A stretch of DNA of 64,000 bases from Podarcis tiliguerta. Its lineage: Eukaryota. The stretch lies in assembly GCA_965153285.1 (NCBI GenBank), contig OZ229113.1; one strand, written 5' to 3'. A model generated the notes under the pieces. It was given only the letters and a program-made list of their open reading frames with translations, was not told the origin of the DNA and did not search any database. Every line of letters starts with the position of its first letter. Positions within the stretch are counted from its first letter, which is position 1. This document shows, piece after piece, positions 37,995 through 49,468 of the stretch. The translations under genes were made by a program, and so were the position numbers.

Positions 37995-38252
37995 GAAGAA
38001 GAAGAGGAAGAAGAGGAGGAGTTGATTTGATATCCCGCTTTATCACTACCCTAAGGAGTCTCAAAGCAGCTAACGTTCTCCTTTCCCTTCCTCCCCCACA
38101 ACAAACACTCTGTGAAGTGAGTGGGGCTGAGAGACTGCAAAGAAGTGTGACTAGCCCAAGGTCACCCAGCAGCTGCATGTGGAGGAGCGGGGACGCAAAC
38201 CCGGTTCACCAGATTACGAGTCCACTGCTCTTAACCACTACACCACACTGGC
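37995..38252 (-). mobile_element. tRNA-derived SINE (Squam3-like) with (CTT/CTC)n tail
   Basis: The - strand head GCCAGTGTGGTGTAGTGGTTAAGAGC...CCGGGTTTGCGTCCC has pol III A/B boxes; short CAAGCC flanking repeat. Confidence 0.85.
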
Positions 38253-38744
38253 AAGCCTCCGAGGAGAGCAAGCCAGACCCAGTCATTCCCAACCACAGAC
38301 TGGGGTGGCCTGATGAGTGGGGTGGCCGTCCCACCAGATAGGAGGCAAAAGACTTTCTAGGACCCCACCTGTCATCACCAGAGAGAGCTGTCATTCCCTA
38401 TCAGAGGAACGTCCTCCATCCCAATCCACAAACTAGAATTCACAGTAAGAATTCCCATGAAGACTAAGGTATTCAATGCATTCGTTTTTTCACCCTAAGG
38501 ACTTTTGACTGTACAGTGAAAGTTCTCTCCCCTCTTCTTTTTCCATTCACCCCATAAATCTGATCTGAGTTTCTCCCAACCTTTTGGAGCTTGGTGGGTT
38601 GAGTTCAGTTGATTGCAGTGTGGCTTGGGGGTTTTTTTTTGGGGGGGGGGGGTCCTAGGTTGTTGGGTCAGGTTAGCCATTTGTATTGGTAGTGCGGTTT
38701 TTTTAAAAGAAGCATTTGTACAAAGGGCAAAACTTACGGAATGT

Positions 38745-38747
<3 letters not shown>

Positions 38748-38776
<29 letters not shown>
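38748..38776. repeat. (TG)n microsatellite
   Basis: Seen directly. Confidence 0.9.
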
Positions 38777-38779
<3 letters not shown>

Positions 38780-40883
38780 AACAGGGTTTTGTTGTATTTT
38801 TCTCATTTCCTTTAATTTGCATTTGGCAGCACAAGGCTTTGTATTAAGATAGGGTTTCTTAGTACGTTGTGCTTTAAACAGCTTCATCACTTGTTAGTAA
38901 AACTGGTATTTGACAGTTAAAGGAAGAGAATTGTGGTTACATGGTAGTTTTTCCACATTGTATTCTGCTGTCACCATGTGGTTAGTCTTCTTTTTTTGCC
39001 TTGTCATTTGTTAACACCATCCAGAATTTTATTGTCTAGGATGTGGTATATTAAAGTTTTCTGACAAATGAATGAAGACATAACAGGTTCGGTTTATTTC
39101 TGCACTGAACACCTGTGAACCAGGGGCTAGTGGTGCCCCGGTTAACATCCCTTGAATGTGGCAGCCCCTGTTGGTTTGAGCAGGAAGTTGCTTATCTTCA
39201 AACCGGAACAAAAACCCAAACTACTAGAGTGGAGGCAGGGGGGAGATGCAGAATTGAAAGCAAACATTTAATGTGATCAGGCTTACTGAAAGAAACAAAA
39301 TCCATTTTTTAACCAGTTTCTAGATGTACTATTGATTTCACACAACGGACTGAACCAGTTTTCCACAAATCCACAGCAGATTGAAGGCAGCAGTGTGTGT
39401 TTCCTAAATTGCTGTGTTTTGTAGTTACTGAAAGTATTTCCTCATTCAGTATTGCTTGTGTAAAGATCTTCACTTTTGTCAGGCTAAAAGTAGAAAGCTT
39501 ATTCCGGAAATGCTGTATTTCTGAATGTACTCAAGAGGCATTTGTATGCACATCTGTGTGACCCATCAAGGTCGGTTAGATTATAATTGTTTGAAGACCC
39601 TCACACAAGTATGGCAAACTAAAGGGGGGGGGGGAATACTCCCTGCAGTTAAAAATGCACTTCAGGGGGGTAGTTGCAGGAGAAAGGTCATGGCAAATGG
39701 TATGTTTGCACTGCAAAGTAGCTAAACTGCTCTGGTACCAAACACCAAAGCTGCTCTTCAAACCTGGGGTACTAAAGAGCTATTTGTGGGAAGTGATCTT
39801 TGAGTGGAATTCCTCTTGAGGGCAATGTGCATGATACATGCCTTTGAATCACAACTCAGATCTACATTGTATTTGGGCTTCATTATTCACAGTTCTGGCG
39901 TTAACAAACACACCCAAACACCATTCCTTTTCTTCAGAACTCACGTCGTATTAACCTGCTTGGCTATCTTTGAAAAAGATGGGGAGTTTTTGAAAGATAA
40001 TAGCTGTAGTATATTGCCAGAAGTACATTATTTCCTCAGCAAAGTGCTTGATTCATTGAAAGGTTCTTAAAGGGTTACTGTCAAACGTCAGTCCTGAAAC
40101 AAAACCTTAGGACGAAAAATGTGAAGCGTTCCAAATCTAATGAGTCATAGTATTTGTTGCTTGTGTATTTGAGCATATGTTTTAAACATGCGATGGGATT
40201 TGGGTTCATTAACTTGGATACCTTTTTTGTTTTTATATGGAAATACAGAAACAACATTGATTCTGATGTAGTATGAATAAGGGCTTTGGCAGTGAATGTT
40301 TACTTCTTTGCTTGCTTGGTACATTTGAAGAGCCCTGCTCGCTGTCAGGCCAGTAGCCCATCTAATCCAGTCTGACATAATATATAACTAGAAATGCTTG
40401 TGATAAGGTCACAAGCAGGGCATGGTGCCAGTAATGCTGCCCCTTTGCTGCCATCCAGCAACTGGTGCTCAGTGGCACACGGCCTCAAACATTAATATTC
40501 TGCTAAGCCATCTTTGCTAATAGCAATTTATGGGTAAACAAATGCATAATCCACCTTTAAAGCTGCTTAAGCTGGTGGACGGTGCAACATCTTGTGGCAG
40601 CCAGTACCAAAAATTAATTATGATACACTAAGGGATTGTAGCTGCACAATAAAATTCCACCTTTATACAGTCTGTCTTACTTTTAGTACAATGAAAAGTA
40701 AAACAAAACGGCAGTTGTAATTGGGTTGGGTGGGTTGTTCTTACAATTGCCAGTTGCTTTGAAATAAAGCAGATAATGATTTTAATTAACTAGCATTTTG
40801 AAAGAACTTTTGTATTCATTATCCAAACACTTACACAGCTGAAAGTTGTAGATTTCATTCATTTTCTCCCATTCTTCTGATAG

Positions 40884-41049
40884 GTCAGCATGATGGACCT
40901 TTGCCACGGCAACATGCGGGGTTGTTGCCAGAATCCCTGATTTGGGCCTACATTGTGCAGCTCAGCTCTGCATTGCGGACCATTCATACAGCAGGATTGG
41001 CCTGTCGGGTAATGGACCCCACCAAGATTCTGGTAACTGGAAAAACAAG
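40884..41049 (+). CDS. PAN3: PAN3 exon 13 (GQHDGPLPRQHAGLLPESLIWAYIVQLSSALRTIHTAGLACRVMDPTKILVTGKTR)
   Basis: ctgatag|GTCAG...ACAAG|gtaaca; 166 nt. Confidence 0.97.
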
Positions 41050-41889
41050 GTAACATGAAACACGTTTTACCATTGCATTGTTGATAATCCAAGGTGGTGA
41101 AGCCAGCTAAATTTTAGGAACATAGATGCAGAGCTTCTCCCCAAGGGCAAGCTTGTTTTGGAGCGAGAAAATAGAAATGGTGCTATTCCCCTAGTTTGTG
41201 AAAACTGTAGCCACGAAACCTGCCAAAGTTCAGTTGAACAAAGCCAGAGGCTATCGTGCTAGGTGATTTTACATTCATTTTAAAATACTGGATAAGTCTT
41301 GTCTGGTTGTAGCTGGTTTTTTCTCGCTGTCTTTGCCCCTTCCTGAAAGTATGTTCTGTGAAATAAAATAAAAAAGGAGAGAGCTATGATTTTTGTTTGT
41401 TAGGGAAAAAATGATTTGAAAAGAAGGCCACCCAGATAGTCCAACTCTGCCACTTGCACGTTTATTCTCACAGTCAAAACACTGAGAATGACAGTCCATG
41501 TTTACTTCCACATCCCTCCCCCTTATCACTCTGATTGGAGGGCCCCCAGAAAATAAATCACCGTGATTCAAAGCTGCACCTGTTCATCAGAACAAAAGAT
41601 CCCCCACAGACACACTCAGAAACTTTGGGAGTCTCTTATCCGAATCAAGACACCTTGGCAATGCTCTGAGAACCTTTCCTGCATCATCCCAATTTTCCTC
41701 ATAATTTGGGGTGTGCACAGAATCAGTGCACCCTCATTCTACCCTCACAGATGGATAAACCATTGGTATTAATACCAGTTTGTTAGCAAAACTTTGCTGA
41801 TGTAACTAAAGAAGTCGCAGAGCAAGTCTAACAAGCAGACTAAGGAGTTTTATAATTCCCTTCTCCTATATAATCCTTCTCCCGTCAAG

Positions 41890-41977
41890 GTTGCGAGTGA
41901 ACTGCGTTGGAGTCTTTGATGTGTTAACATTTGATAACAGCCAAAACAATCCCCTGGCCCTCATGGCCCAGTATCAG
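41890..41977 (+). CDS. PAN3: PAN3 exon 14 (LRVNCVGVFDVLTFDNSQNNPLALMAQYQ)
   Basis: ccgtcaag|GTTGCG...TATCAG|gtaaga; 88 nt. Confidence 0.96.
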
Positions 41978-43563
41978 GTAAGATCACAATATTGTCCCCT
42001 TTACTTCGTGTTATTTGGTTAGTGAATATTCATCAATGATTGCATTATTTTTATGTTGCTTTTTCCCTTCCTTAAGAACATTTGGTGTTGACATGCTTTT
42101 CTTTACTTTGGATGAACTTTATTAAAGCAGCCTCCTCTACTGGTAGCATTAAAACATAAAATATTTGCCTTTGCATATAGGCAAGGACTGCTGTTCATTA
42201 GTTGCCATTACAATTTATGCAGCACTAGCAGTGCTTTGCAAAGTTTTGGAAGCAAAATGCAGGCAAGTCGCTGCCTCTGTAACGAACTTACAATCTAAGA
42301 TAGAGTGCATGGAAAACAGATTAGAGCAAAGGGTAGTGAGGAATACATTTGAATCAGTGCTATCAAACTTGGGTATATTGTGCATCAATTAAAAGAAATG
42401 TCTCATCCTTTCTAAAACCCTCTTCAACAATAACCAATAATGGGAGATGGGAGGAAGTCTAGCTGATTCTCAGAACTAAAGAAACACCTTAGCTTTGTCA
42501 ACAACAATCACACTAACTTCTTCCAGATGGAATAGAGAGCAAGCAAGTTTGCCATTAAACCAAGTTGTTTTTTCTTCTTTGTCCTTAACTTTCCACTAAA
42601 TGAAAAACACCTCAGTCCAGCCGGTAAAGCACAATATATATTGTTAAGTTTACAACTGTTTTACATGTTCACCTCTTTGTTTGGAAAGGATTCTCTTCAC
42701 CTGTTGGCAGAAAAGTGAGAGGGCTGTGTAGGTAGGCATACATACTTTGGACATCAACTTTAGGAAAATAGGGCCAATTGGTCCTGTGAAGTACTGCATT
42801 CAAAAAGCCAATTAATTGTTTTAGGACTTGAAACTTGAAGACAAAGTGCCACTATATGCTTTTGCAATGCATATATTTGTAAATTTAATTTTAAAAAGAA
42901 TCTGAAAAGAATATTTAGCTTTCCAAGCTATGTATAGTTGCTTGAAGTGTAAGTTAAGGGAGAGGGAGGGAGAAAGGAACCTGGATGTTGGGATTGATGG
43001 AGAATAGTGAATTGACCTGCTCACAGCCCTAGTAGCTTATAGTAAGTGTTCTAAAAGGGGAATAACGTTTGTGGGGAGGGACACATGTCCTGAGGTTAAT
43101 GTCCTTCCCGCCTTGCACTGTACACTTTCGGGTGGATTGAAAGAGAAAACGCCATGCTTCTCATTCTCCAAAGGCCTCCCCCTCTTAAACAACTATTTAA
43201 ATGCGCAGATTCAGGGCTGGCTGTCGGCACCAAACAAAGCCCTCTAGCTTTGCATAGCACAGCAAAGAAAAAAGTATCAGAACAGAAAAAATGAATTTTC
43301 TTCCTCTCTCCCCTCCCCCTCCATAGTGATGCAAATTGGGTAAAGGAGAGAGTTTTAAGTGGAGCTGAACTTGATTATATGGCATCATATTTCTTAAAAG
43401 AAACATACGTGATGAAGTGGTTTGTGATAATTTTTTTTCAGTTTTGAGCATTATGTTAAATTGGTCCCATCTAAGGTATTCTTATCCCCCCCCCCCCCCA
43501 TGCTAGGAAAGCTAATGATATTCTACTGACCCTCGTTAGACTTGTTTGTTCACTTTTCTTTAG

Positions 43564-43703
43564 CAAGCAGACTTGATCTCCCTTGGGAAGGTGGTGTTGT
43601 CTTTGGCTTGCAATTCTCTGGCAGGAATTCAGAGGGAGAATTTGCAGAAAGCAATGGAACTGGTGACAATCAACTATTCCTCTGATTTGAAGAATCTTAT
43701 TTT
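43564..43703 (+). CDS. PAN3: PAN3 exon 15 (QADLISLGKVVLSLACNSLAGIQRENLQKAMELVTINYSSDLKNLIL)
   Basis: ttctttag|CAAGCA...ATTTT|gtaagt; 140 nt. Confidence 0.97.
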
Positions 43704-44111
43704 GTAAGTTACTTTGAAATCAACTTATTTTTAAACTAGGCTAAAACGTGCCAGTGAGAATTTGCTTACGGTTTGTTCATGCACATTGTTAAATTGGGAG
43801 TGGCGGTTCATGGGATGTTTCTATATCAAATGTGTGTGCACAAGATCCTCTCTTCCGTGATTAGTTTGACCTTGGTACAGCACCTATGTGGAAGGATTTC
43901 TGTATGACTGTTCAGATATAGAGGGATGGCGGTGAGTGGGGAAGGTGTAGGAAGAAAATTAATTTACCCTCCTAATTAGGAACGTTGTGTAGCTGAATTT
44001 CTTGAGTTACTGTTGACTTGTGCTGAAATTAGCATGAACTTAAAAAAAAATTCTTGTCCTTAACCTCGAACTTAAGCATTTTTCAGATCCTAATATATTT
44101 GTTGTTAGTAA

Positions 44112-44331
44112 AAGACAGAGGGCCTTCTCGGTAGTGGCACCCACCCTGTGGAACACCCTCCCTTCAGATGTGAAGGAAATAAGCAGCTATCCTATCTTTA
44201 AAAGACATCTGAAGGCAGCCCTGTTCAGGGATGTTTTTAATATTCAACGCTGTACTGTTTTTAACACTTGATTGGGAGCCGCCCAGAGTGGCTAGGGAAA
44301 CTCAGCCAGATGGGTGGGGTATAAATAATAA

Positions 44332-44380
<49 letters not shown>
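44112..44380 (+). mobile_element. L2-type LINE 3' end with (TTA)n tail
   Basis: AGGGCCTTCTCGGTAGTGGCACCC...GCCGCCCAGAGTGG...ATAAATAATAAA(TTA)n. Confidence 0.8.
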
Positions 44381-44383
<3 letters not shown>

Positions 44384-44768
44384 CGGAGTTCAAATTCCCA
44401 TTCTGCCATGAGGCAGTCACAACCTAATCTTCTTTACAGTATTATTGTGAGGATAAAACATTGGAACCAGGTGTGCTGCCTGAAGTTCTTGGAAGAAGAG
44501 CAGGATAAAAGGAAAAATGGAAAACAACTTTGCAGTACATCATCAGCCAGTCACATAAATATAGCCTCGAATGTCACCTCCTAGTGGTGCTACTGTCTTT
44601 CACATAGCTGCAGTGGTGTTAAATGTTCAGTATATGAAGTAGAGCTTTGTGCCATAGTTTTGCTTTTATAGATTAATAAAATTAGCGTTCACAGATGGAA
44701 CCTCTCTTAAAAGAAACTTATTTCTTTAGCCCTGTTTCTAAAGTAACTTTTAAAAACTGCCTTGTTAG

Positions 44769-44898
44769 GTATTTGCTGACTGACCAAAACAGGCTTCGAA
44801 GTGTAAATGATATCATGCCTATGATTGGTGCAAGATTCTATACTCAGTTGGATGCTGCCCAAATGAGAAATGATGTAATAGAAGAAGACCTTGCAAAG
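44769..44898 (+). CDS. PAN3: PAN3 exon 16, coiled-coil region (YLLTDQNRLRSVNDIMPMIGARFYTQLDAAQMRNDVIEEDLAK)
   Basis: ttgttag|GTATT...GCAAAG|gtaaat; 130 nt. Confidence 0.97.
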
Positions 44899-46145
44899 GT
44901 AAATGTGAAGATAATGCACATTCATCTCTATTTTCTTAGTGAAGCTGATATTGCCAACAGGTTCCCAAAGTCTGTAAATGTAGTACGATTGAGACCTGCC
45001 CATCTTGCCATAGGGTGATGTACCCATCCCCCCCCCCCCATTGCTGTTTAAATGATAAGACATGTTGGAAGATACTGTGTTACAGATCAGTGGTTTTCCA
45101 GCCTCAGAGTCTCCACAAATTTCACTTTGATCCATACATATTCACATACCTCATTGGCTAATAATCCTATTTAGTGGAATGGTAAAGCAATTAACTTCTG
45201 CCCATTTTAGAAAGGCAATGGTGAGATGCAAGGTATCTCAGCTAAGATGCTAACTGGCTGGCAGTGTTTGAAACTCCCATTTTTCTAGACGCATTTTGAG
45301 ATAAACAATTGCATTAGCACGAGCAGTTTCTGAGCTGTGGATGCAGTACTGCGCCTAAGCTTTAGGTTTAAACTGCAGAGTGGAAGGAAAGGAGGACCTT
45401 TTCCTGCCTTCCCACTTCCAGCTCCTCGCTGAAGATTAGAGAAGAGACCCTCTTAAGAATATTAGGGGGGTGGGCAGGGGAAGGACTAGACCATGTGAAA
45501 AATGAACATAATATTTTAGCTGCAGTTCATTCATTTTCAGCTTCGTATTGTTGTTATGAAAAAGCGCGCCTAGACATTCCGTTGTTGTGCCCATACAACA
45601 TGGGTTTAAGGTGGCATTTAGCTCCTAGCTTTCATATCTCCGTTTCTAACACTGCCTGCCGCAGGGCACCTTGCCCTGCAGTGGTCTTCAAATAACAGCA
45701 CTGATTGGAGCTCAAAATGGATCTTGGAGGCATGATGGAAATCGCTGCCCAGTGTTGTGATACAGCCTTCTGAAAAATGAAGGCAAACCTACTACTTAGA
45801 TCATAAAGATGTGGAAGTATATGAAAGGATACTAGTCCTCCTCTGTTCTGTGATTATCAAGCAAGGTGTGATTGCCTGAAGAGTCTTTTTTAAGATTAAA
45901 AGTAGATAAGGAGGTCTCTCTCCATTTTGTATGGAGTGCAAAAACTTAAGTTAAACTAAGTTCTCATTAAAATCAACATGACAGACATTATTTAAGTCCC
46001 ATTGCTTTCAAGTGAAATGTAAGTTTTATTCCCTCCTCCCCTCCCTCCGGATCTAACTGTATGGTTATTTGATTATAATTTATACTTTTAACAGAAGAGC
46101 AAAATATAGTGATTGTCAAGCTTTTATTTTTCTCTTGTCATTTAG

Positions 46146-46210
46146 GAAGTTCAGAATGGAAGATTATTTCGGCTTCTTGCGAAATTGGGAACAATCAATG
46201 AGAGGCCAGA
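46146..46210 (+). CDS. PAN3: PAN3 exon 17 (EVQNGRLFRLLAKLGTINERPE)
   Basis: catttag|GAAGTT...CCAGA|gtaagg; 65 nt. Confidence 0.97.
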
Positions 46211-47030
46211 GTAAGGAATTCAGCATTTTCTGCATCAGTGTGTTATAAAGAGGCACCACAAAGAGTCTTGAATGTTCACGCATGATGATGGACTTGCAAA
46301 GTATAGAAGCCTCTGAAAGATGGGCTAGGTTACTTTGGTCAGTTTGGTAGCACACTGTCCAGAACTTCTTTGTATGTGAATATGTGTTTACCACTCACTT
46401 TTCAGTTGGATAATAGATCCTGGTTTGAGGCTTGTCTGAAGATAGAGAATTATTAGTGCAAGGTGATGTTTCATAAGTTGCAAGATTTCAAACGATTTTA
46501 AAACTCCAAACTATTGGTGCATTCTTGGGAAGGTATTTCAGTTTTTTCTCCCAACAGCAGCAAATACTCTCCAAGTGCATACAGTTGCTACAGTGCCAAC
46601 TCTGGAGACTGGGAACAGTAATTGATAATTGTAAAGATTGCATTCTCCTGGACACTGTAAGTCTGACCTCAATGACTAATGATGCCAAATGTAACTTTAA
46701 GCAATAGATTGTTTCATCCAGAGCATTAGGAACTGGTAGGGATTCCCCCCGCCCCCCGCTTAAAAACCTTATAAACCTGGATTTCAAAATCAGCTAAATT
46801 AGGATATCAGGAAAGAGATGTGCAGCATAGTTGCTTAAGATGCTTTTAGCCCCATGAAAAGTTTGTTTTTAGTTTTAAACTCTGGACTGAAGGGTGTATC
46901 ACACATTCCTCCTTCTTAAATTGTGGTGGGGAATAACTTGCTACAAAGCAGAAACTTCTTCAGAAAACACTTAGTCTGAGATGTTTATGAACTTGTACTA
47001 AGAAACACAAAACGCTCTGTTTTACAATAG

Positions 47031-47169
47031 ATTTCAGAAGGACCCAACATGGTCAGAAACTGGAGACAGATACCTCCTGAAGCTGTTTAGGGATCATCTT
47101 TTTCATCAGGTGACAGAAACGGGCACTCCTTGGATAGACCTCAGTCACATTATCTCTTGTCTTAACAAG
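47031..47169 (+). CDS. PAN3: PAN3 exon 18 ([46 protein letters not shown])
   Basis: acaatag|ATTTC...AACAAG|gtaaac; 139 nt. Confidence 0.97.
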
Positions 47170-47806
47170 GTAAACGAGTGACTGTATTTTACGTTTATTG
47201 CAGATAAACTATGTAACTAGTCTGTCTTTCCTCCTCCTGTTATTTTTAATTGGGCTGCAAGCAAGTTGTCTTAAAGCAGATATGGTTCTCAAATTGGTCT
47301 TCAGCTGTGTGTGCAGGTGAGTTCACACGGTGTGCATGGTGGCGCTGTTAAAATGCCCTAGGTGTCAGTGGTGCAAATGAGCGCTTCATTGGCTGCATCA
47401 GAAGCAATGTTTGCATGTGAGACACACTGGCCTGGCTCAGATAGGACACTAAACCCTAGCTTTGTGGTACAGTGATGCATTGCAGGGAGTCTTGGACTTG
47501 CCTGCTCCCCTCTTCATCTGTGTTTTAAAACTAACTGGCTCTACATCTGTCAAGGACAAATTGTTTGTAGTTTAAACTGTGGTTTATTGAAATATGCCAG
47601 GATCAAACCATAGTTTCTGACCATGAATTGTTTCCATAAAAACCGTAGTTTAAACCTACCGGTTTGTTTTTGTCAGATGTGACAAACTGTGCTCAGCTTA
47701 AAAAGCAAATTCTTCCAGTTTGGTGGCTGCACTGGAGGAGGAGAAAGGAGGAAGGGGAGCACGAGCTCAAAGGTAAACCAGGCTTTCCCCTGTTGTGCTG
47801 CTAAAC

Positions 47807-47941
47807 CAGCATCCCCAAACTTGGCCTTCCAGATGTTTTGGGACTACAACTCCCATCATCCCTGACCACTAGTCCTGTTAGCTAGGGATGATGGGAGTTG
47901 TAGTCCCAAAACATCTGGAAGGCCGAGTTTGGGGGTGCCTG
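47807..47941. mobile_element. Palindromic hAT-type MITE
   Basis: ~55-bp arms form a near-perfect hairpin; near-TSD TGCTAAAC / TGCTAAAT. Confidence 0.9.
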
Positions 47942-48444
47942 TGCTAAATTGTGGTTTAGCTTTACATCTGAACCCTGGCCTCTCTTGTACATATTCAGTG
48001 AAAATTCTATTGTTGTGTCTAGTTCAAAACGGTTGACCTCTTACCATTAAATTTAGGGATCTCTTCGTTCAATTTAGACTTTAAGGAACAAAATGCCTAA
48101 TGCACTTAGACTAGACCAATCCCTATCTTTTCCCAGTCCTCTTGCCCTAAAGCTATTTGTTGTGTTGTGTGATTTATGAATGATTGCCTGTTTGACTATT
48201 CCCACTTGTCGTGTAATCCCTGCATATGGAAAGCTACTACATGCTGAACCATTTTGAGGGTCCTTTCAGAGAATTCTATAGTTTTAACTGTGCACTGTGT
48301 GACAAAGTACTTTCTTTTGTCCTGAATCTTTCACTGGATGGCCCTGGGATCTAGTATTATGAGGGGGAGAAAAACATCTCCATCCATTCCCCCCTCACAC
48401 ACACAATTTTATACAGCTCTATCATAGGGGCACGGGACTATCTA

Positions 48445-48808
48445 GGGACACGGGTGGTGCTGTGGGTTAAACCTCAGAGCCTAGGACTTGCTGATCAGAA
48501 GGTCGGCGGTTCGAATCCCCGCGATGGAGTGAGCTCCCGTTGTTCGGTCCCTGCTCCTGCCAACCTAGCAGTTCAAAAGCACGTCAAAGTGCAAGTAGAT
48601 AAATAGGTACCGCTCTGGCGGGAAGGTAAACGACGTTTCCGTGCGCTGCTCTGGTTCGCCAGAAGTGGCTTAGTCATGCTGGCCACATGACCCAGAAGCT
48701 GTCTGCGGACAAACGCCAGCTCCCTCGGCCAATAAAGCGAGATGAGCGCCGCAACCCCAGAGTCGGTCACGACTGGACCTAATAGTCAGGGGTCCCTTTA
48801 CCTTTACC
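48445..48808 (+). mobile_element. Full-length Sauria SINE
   Basis: tRNA-like head with GGTTCGAATCC B-box; ACCTTTACC tail; CTATCATA flanking repeat. Confidence 0.95.
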
Positions 48809-49327
48809 TATCATAACCCCTCTTTACTTAATCCCCGCCCCCACTAATAAAAAGCTCCAAATATTGCAACCTTTCCTCCAGCCCCTTGATGGTTTTTGTA
48901 TACTTTTTGAGGTGTGGTGACCATTATTACACATCATTGAAATTGCAGGTATGCCATAGATCTGGATAATGGCTTTATGACATGGGCAGCTTTATTTTCA
49001 GTCCCTTCCCTAGCAACCCCTAATTTACCCTTTTCACAGCTGTCACATCCTGGGTCAATATTTTTATTGAGCTGCCCCCCCCTGCCCCCACCACGTTTCC
49101 TTCTTGTGCTGCCTCAGAGGGGTTCCCAGCCTCCTGGAGCAGATTTTTAGAGGGCACCCGAGGCTGCAAGGAGACGTTGGTCGGAGTTGCAGGCAGAACT
49201 CTATATTCAGGATGCTCCCACCACGTGAGCACACCCAGGATCCCAGCCCAAACCATTAGTTTTGTGAATATGGTATCATGTCCTACTATGTGAATATAAA
49301 TGGAAGTTTTCTGCCCTTTGATTTCAG

Positions 49328-49468
49328 CTAGATGCTGGTGTGCCAGAAAAAATAAGCCTCATTTCCAGAGATGAGAAGAGTGTACTTGTGGTGACGTATA
49401 GTGACCTAAAACGCTGCTTTGAAAATACTTTTCAAGAACTGATTGCAGCCGCGAACGGCCAGTTGTAG
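49328..49468 (+). CDS. PAN3: PAN3 last coding exon (LDAGVPEKISLISRDEKSVLVVTYSDLKRCFENTFQELIAAANGQL*)
   Basis: atttcag|CTAGAT...TTGTAG stop; matches the known C-terminus. Confidence 0.97.
   Translation, partial: LDAGVPEKISLISRDEKSVLVVTYSDLKRCFENTFQELIAAANGQL

Noticed and set aside
44231-44584. ORF with a poly-Leu, membrane-like segment
   Set aside because: The poly-Leu is the (TTA)n tail of an L2-type element.
48445-48540. tRNA-like sequence with A/B boxes (also ~7560-7647 and ~38180-38252)
   Set aside because: These are SINE heads continuous with SINE bodies, not tRNA genes.
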